Assembly (NCBI GenBank): GCA_002633005.1
Contig: NMRA01000015.1
Location: forward strand, 132,054 to 196,053
Source of the DNA: Phoronis australis
Lineage: Eukaryota > Animalia > Phoronida
DNA: 64,000 bases
Reading direction: 5' to 3'
In this document: positions 13,286 through 26,201 of the stretch, in pieces
How positions within the stretch are numbered: the stretch's first letter is position 1
How the letters are laid out: each line of letters starts with the position of its first letter
Translations under genes and position numbers: made by a program
Notes under the pieces: model-generated
Told to the model about the DNA's origin: nothing
Seen by the model: only the letters and a program-made list of their open reading frames with translations
Databases searched by the model: none

Positions 13286-15404
13286 CTAGGAGAGAACAAT
13301 ATGTTTAGATTCACAAGGCTTGTAAAAGTATTTATTTTCTGAAAGTAGAAAACATGAAGAATGAAATTTTGAACTTGATCCCAACTACGACTTTTATCAG
13401 TCTAAGTAACCTGGTATTGATAAAGATTAGAAAAAAAATAAATGTAACTCTGGCACAACAATAACTTGACCAATTCTTTTCATATGAAAATTCCCCGATA
13501 AAATCTCAAAAATGTCATCACCAACTTTAAAACTACCTTTCCTTTTCACAATTGAAATTATAAAAGTCCAAATTTTCGATAGCATTGCTAAACAAAGTGA
13601 AACATTTTAAAAACAATTCCAGCGTTTTGGAGAACAAAAAATGAAAATTTATAGGAGTGTCTGTCTATAAACCAACCCTCCATCACAAAAAAAAAATTTT
13701 TGACTTGGCGTACTTACCATGCCAAATGCAAATTGGTTTCAGGATTAAAGGGCTGATGATTCGATTATTGCTCAAGACCTGGCTTTACTAGTTGACTTGT
13801 CAAAGAATGTCATTTTACTCAACCAAAAACCACTTCACATTTGAGTAAGGAACAATCTAGATCAAAAGTTGGTTTCTCTGACTGAACGCGGGTTTATAGC
13901 TGTTTCAAATCTCATGCTGACCGTTGATCAGCCATTTCCGAGATACAATATTATGAATTAAGTGAGCTAAATACTAAACTTTATTTTCTAGGGTTTCTTA
14001 TAACTTTATAGTCAAGACATAATGATATAAAAGACACATAACACAGATTAAGAAACCTGTACCACATACAGAAAGCCAGACTTGTGCATGTTTGCAAGTC
14101 CAATTTGATTGATGTAGCTCAGTCTTAGACCATCTGTAGAATGTAATGCATTACACCTGGGATTTCTACAGATACCCAGCTTAGGGAGGCTCCTATGATC
14201 TAACTGGCCATACAACACAGAGATGTCTATCAGGTAATTAATTACCAGTATACTGAACCATTTCACAACAAGGTGATCAAGATGAAACAACATGTTACAG
14301 CAATAGTGAACTAGAACACCCATCATTGCATCAAAGGCAATTATTAGAGTATTAATTCTCATAACCTTATCCAAGATGGGTATCACCATCAGCAAGTCTC
14401 AATTCTGGCATTTGTTTGCCATCAGGCAAGCTATATTGGCATTCCTGGTAAAGTCAATCTCTATGTGACCTGCAATGGCTAATGTACAATGATACTTCTT
14501 TAGCACACAATATGTCTACAAGTGAAGTTCTATTGTGCAAAAAATACACAAAATAAAGACAAAGAAAACTCTAGTCTATTACTAATGTGGTATGTACTGT
14601 GTGGAAGTCATAAAACAATTTTTGATGAATTTTCCATAATTTGCAGTAAAATAACAAGACTTTGAGAAATGAAAAAATGACAAATTTGGCAATCGTGCAA
14701 AATACACTTGAGAAGTACAACTTCAACAAGACAGCAAGGCTGCAGTACATATGAAGAAAACGGACAGGAACCATTCAAGACCAATTTCGTAACGATAAAT
14801 GGTCCAAATTACAAATTTTATGTCACGGAAAGGCAGGTTTATAGTCGTTATTTTTCAAGAAGCAACCAGAGACCCAAGAAATTGGCAAACGTATGTCTTG
14901 ATATATTTCTTGAATGGTGTTGACATTTACTGAGCTGAGACAGTTCGTGCTAATTAAAGTCAGCAATAATGACATGTGGACAGTAATTATCTCAGAAAAA
15001 CATAGTGGCGGCATTAGGTACAAGCTCAAATATTTAGCTACATGAAAACACAAAATCTAAATGTTAGACATACAATCCCATCACTTCTTCCAATGAACAA
15101 GTTTGGAAAAGTTGACAGACTAGGTTTTTATAACATTTGCCAGAATTGACCAATAATACCACAACTAGCCCAGCCAAAACAGTGCTGTACCACAACTAGC
15201 CAAGCCAAAACAGTGCTGTACATGTTGCATTTTGGCTAGCATGTTATTTTGCTTGGGTGGTTACACAGGCCAGCACATCAAAATACATGATTCATCCCAC
15301 TGTCACCATATGTTGAATTCTACAAAACATTTCCTTCACACTTTCCAGACAAAATACTTTGCTCATGGCTGAAAAAAATTGGACACTACAAAAATAATTA
15401 TGAT

Positions 15405-15480
15405 AGCTATAATAATAATAATGATGATGATAATATAATAATAATGATAATGTAATAATAACAATGATCATGTAACAATA
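15405..15480. repeat. (AAT/GAT)n microsatellite
   Basis: Direct inspection. Confidence 0.8.
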
Positions 15481-17141
15481 AGGTAATTCTTCACCTATTT
15501 AGCACATATGGCCGACGTGAAATTCTATTTAATCAAATTTCTCCACAAGAATAGATTAATAAAATTTCAGTCTACAATTATTGGGGTTTTCCGTAGATAA
15601 GCCCACCCGAAGAAACGGCCATGAGCGTTTATTCGGGAAATTATGCCGTGTAAATGCCCATGGGCGTTTATTTGGAGTTACAACTTCTGATGACAATAGC
15701 CTTCACAGACTCAAAATAGAACAATTTTGGATAGATAAACTTGAAACATACTTGAACCCATAGGATTGAACATAAAGACTTCTTAAATTAAATCTTCCTT
15801 TACTTTTTCCGCTAGAATCTAACATTTTCAATACAGCCACATGTCAGATGTCATTTGTCATATCATGCTTGATTTTACTTTATTTCTGTTTTTGTTGACA
15901 AAGGATATGTATATAAACCTCATTCATGTACTGTCACCATTTTAAAAGTGAGCCTCTTTTTAGGTTTTGGAAACAATGCATTCTGCGCTTAATCACAGTG
16001 AAAAGCATGATTTTTTTGCGTTCCTCGTTACATTTGTGTCTCAAAAACATTGTTTTTTTAAACCTAAATAATAAGGCTTACTACCAAAATGGTGCCTGCG
16101 TGAATAAGGTCTATATCGAAAAATTTCACTTGATTCATAACTGTTGTTTTATTTATATATATATATAAATATATGTACTCTATTCAACAACAAATCATTT
16201 TGATTTTTGAAACACTTAGCAATCTTCAGTTCTGATGTTAGTATTTATTAAAAACTAGTGATTTCTATTCAGACCACACTTACATCAACCACTTGAACAT
16301 CCTCTAGTATTCTATAAATTAACACATAGCCACTAACATCTCCATTAGTGGGAATGACAAAGATTCACAAATAAATGAAACCACTAATTGCTTAAGCACA
16401 ACAGCTGATGGAAGCTGATATTGATGATGTTAGACAGCCAACAACCTAATTAAAATTTTTGCTCTGTCAGTTGCCATAGAAACTACCCAAGGACCCACGG
16501 GGACCATAGGTGGCAAACTGGTCGCATAGAGATCTGTAGAATGGCGCATCCATTGTCCACTTTGTTTTTCTTTGAGGTAATAAAGATTAAGAGGAGCATC
16601 TATCAGAAACTGTCTGATATGTGCCCTAAGTATGATATCCATGAGACCTGTATTGTTAAATCCAACAAAGACACAACAACGGAAAACAATGGTAGGGTCC
16701 TATAGGTGATAATCATGCGATGCGCTTACACCCATCGCCTGGATGTTGCAGTTTAAAGAATTCATTCCATAAGAAGTTACTTAGCATGGGTATATATCAG
16801 ATATGATCAAGAGGTAAAGAAGCATAGACATTAGATTCAGAAATGCATATGATAATGTAAATCATCTGCATATGTTAATGTAAATCATCAAAACAAACTC
16901 GTGTTTCGTAGAAAGTAGCAAATGTAGGCAACTAATCAACTACAAACAACGGACTGAAAAGCAATGGATAGAACCATCCTCTTTCACAGAGGTAGATAAA
17001 TGTAATGCATAACTGACGTACTTAACAAAATGTCAGGCACTCCCTGAGTTGATTACCACTGAGCATCCTTTTTGCCAATTTCTAAGTGCGGCGATTGCAA
17101 CTCAATACAATGTTGTGAGCTTACACTGAGAATTAGGATAT

Positions 17142-17591
17142 CAAGGTACCTAAACTACATGGCTAACAGACTCATAAACACGGTCACGGACGCATGAACA
17201 CGACTCACGGACCTGCAAACACTGTCCACTGACTCAAAAACATGGGAACGAACTCACAAAACATGATCCATTCACCCAAATACACGAGACACGTATTCAT
17301 ATTCACGATGAAACACGGTTAACGGACCGCCAAACACGGTTTACGGACAAAATATAGATGTCAGCTGACCCAGGAAGCTGATGAGTCCATGACCCGTGTT
17401 TGGCGGTCCGTTAACCGTGTTTCCTCGTGAATATGAATACGTGTCTCGTGTATTTGGGTGAATGGATCGTGTTTTGTGAGTCCGTTCCCGTGTTTGTGAG
17501 TCAGTGGACGGTGTTTGCAGGTCCGTGGGTCGTGTTCATGCGTCCGTGACCGTGTTTATGAGTCCGGTAACCGTGTAGTTTAGGTACCTTG
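17142..17591. mobile_element. Foldback-type MITE with ~205-bp inverted arms and 5-bp TSD GATAT
   Basis: GATAT|CAAGGTACCTAAACTAC ... GTAGTTTAGGTACCTTG|GATAT; arms pair over ~205 bp; short central spacer. Confidence 0.92.
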
Positions 17592-20500
17592 GATATGTGA
17601 TGAAGTAGGACAAATGATCGACACATTTTGCATTGTGGCTAAATACATTAGAATGGGAGGGTTGTTGTGCTGTTTCAGGATGGTTCCTTTATTCTGCTGT
17701 CAACAACTGGCTGTTCTTAGAAGAGAGCAATCAAAAAGTGATCCCCATGAATTAATTGCATGTGAGTGTGGAGACAGTTCATGGCCTCCAGTACATCACT
17801 TACAAGTGCCTGTATAGTAATACAAAATAGTTTGCAAGTCAATGCACCGAACAAGGCCTTGAAATAGGAGAGGAGCATCACCAAAAATCGAAATGCACAC
17901 TTGAGTTCCAGATAGAGTGAATAGTAATATCTTTGATTACCAGTGTAGTGTCTTACAGTTTCTTTCTAAGGACTCTTTACTTACACCGTGGATGCTCGAT
18001 GATATCATAGTCTATATGCTGACACTAGTGAATGTTCAATGGTGTTAAATCTACTTGGAATGTATTCAAATAGTACAAGATTGGTATATTTGCTTTGCCG
18101 CAGACAGCCTGGGGGTTCTATGCCATCAATAGATCAACATAACGACAACAGTACAAGAGCAGCAACAATGTAAACTGCAAGATCAGTTAAACCTTTCAGA
18201 CTGCATTTGTGCTTAACGGACAATAACCAGAGATATCGCTAGTCGATGCTTGGATTATTAAAGTTATCACAAGATGGCACTGCAAAAACGTTTTTCAAAC
18301 TAATGAAGAATCGTTCTATATTCTAATCATAAATGAATGAAGTGCTTCAGCGGTATACAGAATATAATAAAATATTAACAAATTGTAAAACAGCATGTAC
18401 CTAAACAGATAGGGACATCCAGCCATAACTCCGATAACACTGAAATAAACTTTTTGCACAGCGTCAAAACAGCCTGCTTGGCTGTTAAATTGGCCCATTT
18501 ATTTTGGTCTTGGAAATATGCTTCCAAAACATCAGTGTGTTGAGGTGAGTAACAAGGGCCCTTTAGGAGCCACTCAGATCCTAGTTTACCTATGGTCAAT
18601 TAACTTGGATTGAGCATGAACCCTGGTCACATAGTATAGTATAACAGCTGAAAGCTATCAGAACAATGTGTTTGTTATTCTTCTGGTGTTTGTAGGTTGC
18701 ACCAAGATAACTCTCAAGTTATTACTGATAGTATAATGGAAAACTAAATAATTTAAGGATACTACTTAGCACTATGTTTTATTTGAAAATAACAACTTTT
18801 GTCAAACATTTAATTTGACATGACATTCAATAAATGGGTCAAATAATGCTTGTAGTTGTATGAATTAGGATAATAAACAAGATGGCTCATATCCATTTTG
18901 CCAGAAGTGAGAAATACCGCATAAGTTTACCTAACCTTTTATACTTGTCTGTTGTCTTAAAGGGAAACAACACTTTATGTCTGTTCAATCAAGCACCCCC
19001 CACCAAATCAACTGAGGTTATACATGTTTAACTGTGCCTTTATATTAGAGAAATAAAGTTTGATTTGATTTGTTGTATTTTTACAAAGTCTGTTTTTGCT
19101 GCTGTTTTTACCATAAAACTAGTGACTGACTTTACTGTATTTTACCATTCCAGATTGTGACCAATTTCTATCTTTTGGGACACATGTTGAAATTTGACAA
19201 TTTTAGTTTCAAAATGACAAGATTACACAGACAACAAATTAGTGCCCGCGCAGAAATGACAATGATATCATTGCTCTTTTTTAAAAATACCGCCAGCCAT
19301 TTTGCTACTGTGTAGCAGGTGCTGAGTTTTTGCATAGGTGAGATAGCACATCATCTCAATATCAATAATTTTTTATACTTTCAGACCTAATTAAAACTCG
19401 CTTCCCAGTAACCCAGAGACAAAACTACTACACAAAAAACAGTTGCAGTTAGCCAGATGGTAATATTTACATGGATTAGTTACTGCGGCTGGAACAGATT
19501 TTGCAAAACTATAAACAACCGTCCAGATTTGATAGTTTAAACTTATAACAAAATGCCAATACCGGTACTTGATAAGAGTTCAATCATATTACATGAAGGG
19601 CATTATTATGTATGAGTAGGCAAAGCCTAGGATGTACAATAAATATTATTATTATGAACGGCAATTTAGCTGACATGTTGATGTGTTCCAAGTGGTTATG
19701 ACAGCTGGTTAGCTAGCTGAGGCAGGAAGAGTATTTGTAACCAGGAGCAACTTCACCCCAACTTAGTTACCCCAGTATGCCGCGCATACTATCATTCATA
19801 ACCACCAATGAGAGTCAGAGGAGTAGCATTTAATTATCTCTACATAGGTAAGGGTAAGCCATGAACAGAATCATTCCTGGCTCACACTAATCACCTATAC
19901 AGTCATAAACAAAATAATTGTCAGTTGAAGTCCCCAATTTGTAAACATAACTTGTTATAAATGTTCTTTGCTTACCTTATTTCTTTTGTTTTGTTTTGGA
20001 TAAACAATACATATCATCCCTTATGTATCTAGGGAAGAAAACCAAATCAAGATTGCTTGAAAAGTGAGATCTTGCACAACTTGCCACTATGAAAAACATG
20101 ATAATTGTGGGTGGAAATCTTCTATAAAACAATTTATGTGATAACACCAAGAGTTTGGATGAAAAGACAAACCAATGTTTAACAACTAGAGCCAACAAGG
20201 TAAACAAAGCCGAGGGATTTTGACGAAATTTCCAAGAGCTTTTGCCCATGTCATAAACCTGAGACTCGTGTAGGGTTCTCTATTTTTTATCAATTACCGA
20301 AGTACATAGCAAGTAATTTTGTGAAAAAAAAATTTAAAGCCAGAATCATACAGACTGGCGTTCATAATCAATATAACTACATGGGAAAATAATTCTTCAT
20401 CAAATTTTTATTGCAACTTTTGACCTCCTACTGAGGTTCAAGCTACCACGGTCGCGGCCATTAAAAGTGCAACTTTACTTTTCTGCACTGTTACTATTAC

Positions 20501-21399
20501 AAATCCAAAACTGAAACTTACAAAAGGTGTTTGAAATTATTGTTCCAGTTTGATACAAACTTCTTAATGTCAAAATTATGGGTCACCTGACTAAAAAAGC
20601 TGTAACCTCGGTCTTGAGAAAAAGTGGCTGTCGAGGGACGATTTTTAACATGAGCTAAGAAAATTGCACTGAATCTAATTGCAAGATAGGCAATTACATC
20701 GCTTGTAGATGCCTGTCTCCATAAAAAGTTGCTCATCTGAAAATATAGCGAATATTGAATAAAACATGCATATAGATATATACACACACATTGAGTTATA
20801 ATTAACACATACCATCACGCTGGAGGCAGTTTAGTCGACATAATTTGAACATATCCACGAAAATCTGTTGTCGTTGACTCGAGCTTAGCGCTCCACATCC
20901 AGTCAACGAATCAGAAGTTTTCACCTCATCAAAAATACATTTTACACTTGAAATTGTCACTTAAAAATGCGCTCACTTTCTTTAGCAATCCTATTTGGTT
21001 TTAAACACATCTTTGATAAAGCATGTCTACGGGAATTAAGATGACCTTGGTGAAGAATTCCAACTCCACTTCTTGGTCACTGTTAACTTTTTCACCGAGC
21101 ACGATAACCACAAAGTATTTCAACAGATGTCATGCAAGTTAGGCAAGGAAAAGCACGAGACTTAGCAAAGAGCGTAACTTGCACGTGACACTTCCAAAAT
21201 GTAGCATAGGAAGAGATTCGGCGGAGTTTGTCATGAAAATGGGACAACGGTGTCGGAATTTTGCGAAATAAAGTCCGCAAAACAGAAAGGTCAACCCGTT
21301 ACTTATGCCTTCTGTAGGCCTGTTGCAAGACACTGTGCGTTAATATCACTGCTCCTTCTGTGGGCCCTTTGCAAGACACTGTGCGTTGATATCACTGCT

Positions 21400-21980
21400 C
21401 ATACTGAGCAAGCCTACCAGCCTATTTGAGGAATTGTGCTAATGTCTTTATGTTTCTCTGAGCTATGACAGTTTTCACTAAAACTGCATTAATTTCGAAG
21501 CATTCTTTTTTAATGCTTTGCCAAGCATGGTGTTCTGGTGTTTCACCTTCCATCTAGCATTTTGGGCAGCAGGATTCTGTTGCTCGACATGTTGTTTTCT
21601 TATGTTTCTACAGGTTACAGAGACCTATTATAACCTGCATTACCAACTGCAGTTGAGACTTGATCAGACTCAAAAGTTTGACTTCTTTTGTTCTTCTAGT
21701 CACTTCTATTAGTCCAAGATGTTTTCCATCCTTATAATAGCCAATCCCTCATTCCTAAAATGCAGGAAGCCTAAGGGACAAGCAATATTGGTTCAGATCC
21801 TTGAAATTCAACCTCTGAACCAAGTTTGGCCAATCAATCAGTTGCCTCCTTACCCTGGATACCAATGTGTCCAGGTGCTCAGGCAACTGTGATGTGGTTG
21901 TAATAACCTAACTTTTTAAGGTTAGTGATACATTGGTGAACAATGTGTGACTTCAAAATATTGTTTGTAAGTCAGGTATT
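21400..21980 (-). pseudogene. Degenerate RNase H-bearing non-LTR retrotransposon fragment
   Basis: Minus strand ~21900-21815 reads NHITVA*APGHIGIQGKEATD*LAKLGS, the RNase HI WxPGHxGIxGNExADxLAK motif with stops. Boundaries approximate. Confidence 0.7.
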
Positions 21981-22951
21981 CAATATGAAAACCAGTACCA
22001 ACCACTTCATCTGTAAGCATTTATAGAGCTAACATCAATGCCATCGGAGTTATCGCCAGGGGTCGCTGCCTGCGTTTGCCAACAGGAGCAGGTGACTGGT
22101 TACTATTTGCGAATATTTTGTTCTAATAATGATTATTTTGGTGGTATAACCATTCTGTTTCACTTTATCCACGTATTCACTGGATTCTTTACATTAAAAA
22201 AAAATCACTGAATGAGTAGTGTATGCAAAACAAGTTCCCACCACGTCACACTGCCTTTGTTTAGATCAGCTGTTAGCCTGCTCAAGAGTCCAATTTTTTA
22301 ATATCTAGTACATCGCCATTGTCCCAACGTGGTATTTGTTGACTGCCTTGTGAAGTTGACATTCTAGTTTCCATCTGGGAGGTGGAGAGGTTGTTGCCAT
22401 TTTTGATGGCAAGCACAGTCAAAAACAGCAAGGCCATATGAAAAAGGTCATAACTTCCCTGAACTATCTACTTCGAAGCTGATGGGTGTTCACTACATGG
22501 GCTGGGGGACTATAGTGCTGTGCCTCTCATGGTCTATGGGCGGTGCACCACAGGGGGGATGAGGGGCTATAGCCCCCACTTTTTTCAATGCTGCGCCACC
22601 CATGCACTAACGCTTAACTTCGTAGTTAACCACAGACAGTTAACATGGAAGCTTCGATGGTAGCAGAGGTTACTGTAAGGGAAAGGGCTTTTTGTCTACC
22701 AGGATTGTAAATGTCGTCCTATTACCAAGTGCCCTACACAATACAATAGTAGCTCAAATTAACTTTCGTTAAATCAAAGAAGACACGTTTTCCTGGTTGA
22801 TGTAGAGAAGCAATGTCCAACTACAGTATTCTTTCTTTCTTTCTTTTTCTTCTTTACATTTCACACTCGAAGTTGAGTATTCTTGTTGTAATCACCAACA
22901 TCATTGGTCTTTGATCATTCTGTGGTGTCTTGTGATTTGTCAGTTTCATGC

Positions 22952-23539
22952 TAGACAGTGACCACTGTCTCTAGCTAACTAGAGACGTGTAGCTCCTATA
23001 GAAGCTTCATATGCTGGAAGCTTTTCGGCGAATTATGCCACACACTGACTAAAACATCAAAGTCACGTTGTTGTAAATACCTTTTGTACATAGAGAAACA
23101 CCTTAGGAGGCCGTCGATGCATTTAATTCCTTTCAACTCCACGAAATACTCCCATTATCAAACTTTTTCTTCACACAGTCCCTCATTCAGTTCCCAAAAT
23201 CAGAAACTTGACATTTTTAACACTGCGCCCAGCAGGTGGTATGACGTCATATCCCCTGGCGTGTGTAGTGTAAAAATGGCCAGTTACCGATTTTGGGAAC
23301 TGAACAAGAGATTGCTGGAAGAAAAAATTTGATAGCGGGATTATTTCTTTGAGTTGGAAAAAATTAAATACATCGACGGCCTCCTGAGGTGTTCCTCTAT
23401 GCACAAAAGGTATTTATAACAATGTGACTTTGATGTTTTAGTCAGTGTGAGGCATAATTCGCCAAAAAGCTTCCAGAGTATGAAGTTCCTACATGAGCCA
23501 CACCGTCTCTAGTAAGATAGAGATGGTGGCCACTGTCTA
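22952..23539. mobile_element. 588-bp spacerless palindromic MITE (TAG..CTA termini, Academ-like by inference)
   Basis: Arms pair end to end around TATGACGTCATA at 23240-23251; terminal sub-hairpin AGACAGTGACCACTGTCT. Confidence 0.88.
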
Positions 23540-23684
23540 CCTTTCAACTTACAATCAGACCATTAGGGATGAGCACCTAAATTGGGTTTTATTCGATCTC
23601 GGGTAGCTGTGTTTTAAGTGGTAGCTATAGTGAACCTGTAGGAATACAACACTCCAAAGTGGTTCTCATTCATTTCCTTGCGTA

Positions 23685-23856
23685 CATTCACTCACTCACT
23701 AGTAAGACCGAGCTCAGAGGAGTACTGAGGAGACATTTTTGAGCAGTGCTCAATTGTCTGCTAGAGTGTGGTCACTTAAACCAAGGAGAAGAGCCTGGAT
23801 TTGAACCGGGGTCCCCAAGCGCCAGTCCGGAGCTCAAACCACTGAGCGACACTGTC
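23685..23856 (-). mobile_element. tRNA-derived SINE
   Basis: Minus strand A-box TCGCTCAGTGG and B-box GGTTCAAATCC; (AGTG)n tail. Confidence 0.7.
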
Positions 23857-26110
23857 TTCTGCACTAAACAGTCCGGTTTTCTAAAGCAGAAAACATGAAT
23901 TTTCTGTTGAGTGTAGTTGCCCAGAGGGAAAGGGAAAGAAAAAGTTAGTGTCGAGCCCTGTACAGGACGACGTAATTGCCTATACTAGTTTCGTTCGGCC
24001 GCAGTCGTTGTGAACGCGTGATTATATCCGACATCAAATTTTAAGACTACTCTGTAGTTCACCACAATTAAGAAGGCCAATTACTTACCTGCAGAGATAC
24101 TGAAGCAATCGAAAGTATAAATTTGAATGAAAACATACGATTGTTACTGAATTATGATAATTTCCTGACGAAATGTCAACAACGAGACTCACAGTCAAAA
24201 ATTAATGTGGCGGGTACAGTGAATTTCCACACCTCTTTACCTTAGAGAACACTCAGTGCCAGTCGTTTTCAGTGCAGGTTCAGTGGTGGGTAATTAAACA
24301 TGATTTTACGTTTTCCGACATCCCCTGCTTTCTTATTAAAGTCCACCAAGTATGCAATAAACTTCTATCGTCCATATGGTATCATATCACGCATGAAGAT
24401 AACTCAGTGTCATATTAGACAAATAAAAGAAAGGATTCCAACCTAAATAGTAAACCAAAACTTACAGCTGTCTGAGTGGGACCGTCTATGGTGGCACGTA
24501 TACTTTAATTACCTATGCGACATGAAACCATGTCCGCCTTAGGGGAAAGAAAGATGGTTACAGTAGCCATAGACATCACGACATTAAGATGTCTATGGTT
24601 GTAGCACTCATGTCAGCGAGAACGTTCCGCACCTCATATAGTGATTTCATATATAGTGTGATAACAGTTACACTATTCTTTATGCTCGGAATATGTCCCG
24701 AAAATAATAGGTGCGTCGCAAGCTCCGTTTCCAGAGATACAAAGGAGACCGTTCTATTGCTATAGTGACTGTGTGGACGGTGTTTACCAGCAGGTCATTC
24801 GAAAGCAGATTCCCTTAATTAACGGACAAGTCACACGACGAGATCTTGCTCTGCTCTGCCGTTTTTTCTCGACATTTTTGTCTGGGCCAAATTCAGAAAT
24901 ATTTAGAAATAAACACATGATTCAGAACGTGCCCACGGGATTCGATTTTTAAAGCTTGATTTAATGACGTTTTTGTATTTTAAGAAAAATTACAGTCACG
25001 ATACGCAAACCAAAAACACCTTCACAGCAGCGTTCTTTAGAGCAAATCGAAAGAAAGATTTTGTTTAAAACAAAGGCTCCCGGAGAGTAAAGACTGTCAT
25101 GGGAATTCAAACAAAGTTTTAATTTGACGTTTTTGTTATTAAAACTTCGGGTCGCCGGGTCTTTGTAATTATACGTTTGCGATGAGACATTTCGTTCCGT
25201 TCAGTGCCGCTTGATCAGGCCTGTACCCTTGCACTTTTTTTGGTACATGACTTTGATGGCCAGTAACACTTGTTTAGTGATCTACCGTTACGAAGAATTT
25301 AAACTCCGATCAGAAGTGTAGAGAAAAGGCACCTATGAATGACAGACAACGTACCGACACAGATGATTAGTACAGTTAGCCTACTAGTCTTAAATGTCGT
25401 CGAATTCAATAACGCTCAAAATCAAATTACTATTTTCTTCAAGAGAGAACTAACTAACGAACACTGTCTCAAAATAAATTGACAATTTGAGGCCAACACG
25501 CAATTATCGAATAACCAATTGAGTACCCGAGAAATTAGCTTGATGGTTGCTGAATACTCCAGGTTTTCTGTTACGCCAATTATAACACTAGAGAAAGTAA
25601 AAGGAGATGGTAGCCTCGGACCATTACTCACTACTGAGACCTTGTTCAATAAGCTAGTTTGACATGAGGAGTCGTTTTATGCGCCGAGCATCGAGTAATA
25701 ATGACCCGATAGTTCTTTCAACTAGCCTAAAAATCACTCCACGTCGGAGCAAAACAAATAAGTTGAGACTAGTTTTAGTGATCGACGCCAACAAATTTTG
25801 ACGAAAGACGAGCGATCGTTTTCAATTATCCAAATAAAAAATTTTGAACTACTTTTATGAAGCTGCCATGCATATTCATTTTTATATTTTTAGTTCATAT
25901 TCCACGCTTCTGCGAGTCAGAAACTTGGAGACCATCAGTAGGCCTACGCCTCATGTCTTGGAGACCATGAGTGACGCCGGTCTTCCGCTAACGACCAGAG
26001 AGTAAAAATAAGACCAAAACACTATAAAAGCAACCAGAGAAGAAAAAGAAAGTATTTTATCTTAGTGTCAAAAATAGTTGACTTCTACGCATTCCACTAG
26101 TGGAACTTAC

Positions 26111-26201
26111 CGTTGTCGGCGTCAGATGTTGGAAGGAACAATACGAGACATAGCCAGGCAACCATCGCATAACAAACGTATTCACGGTTAAATCGCAACA
26201 T
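26111..26201 (-). CDS. CUB protein first coding exon: signal peptide (not in ORF track)
   Basis: aaaATG...AACG|gtaagt; MLRFNREYVCYAMVAWLCLVLFLPTSDADN has a hydrophobic core and an SDA cleavage-like site; phase 1 matches the exon at 13285. Confidence 0.8.

Larger units (their letters stand above)
6330..26201 (-). other. Secreted/membrane multi-CUB-domain protein gene span (3'-partial)
   Basis: Four exons join in frame (phases 1,2,1,2): signal peptide, CUB1, start of CUB2. Resembles the invertebrate multi-CUB proteins often labelled cubilin-like or SOL-1-like; orthology not established. Confidence 0.88.

Noticed and set aside
24089-24136. Minus-strand ATG (MFSFKFILSIASVSLQ) ending at a perfect CAG|GTAAGT donor, possible alternative first exon
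   Set aside because: Phase 0, so splicing to the phase-1 exon at 13285 is out of frame and hits a stop; no other support.
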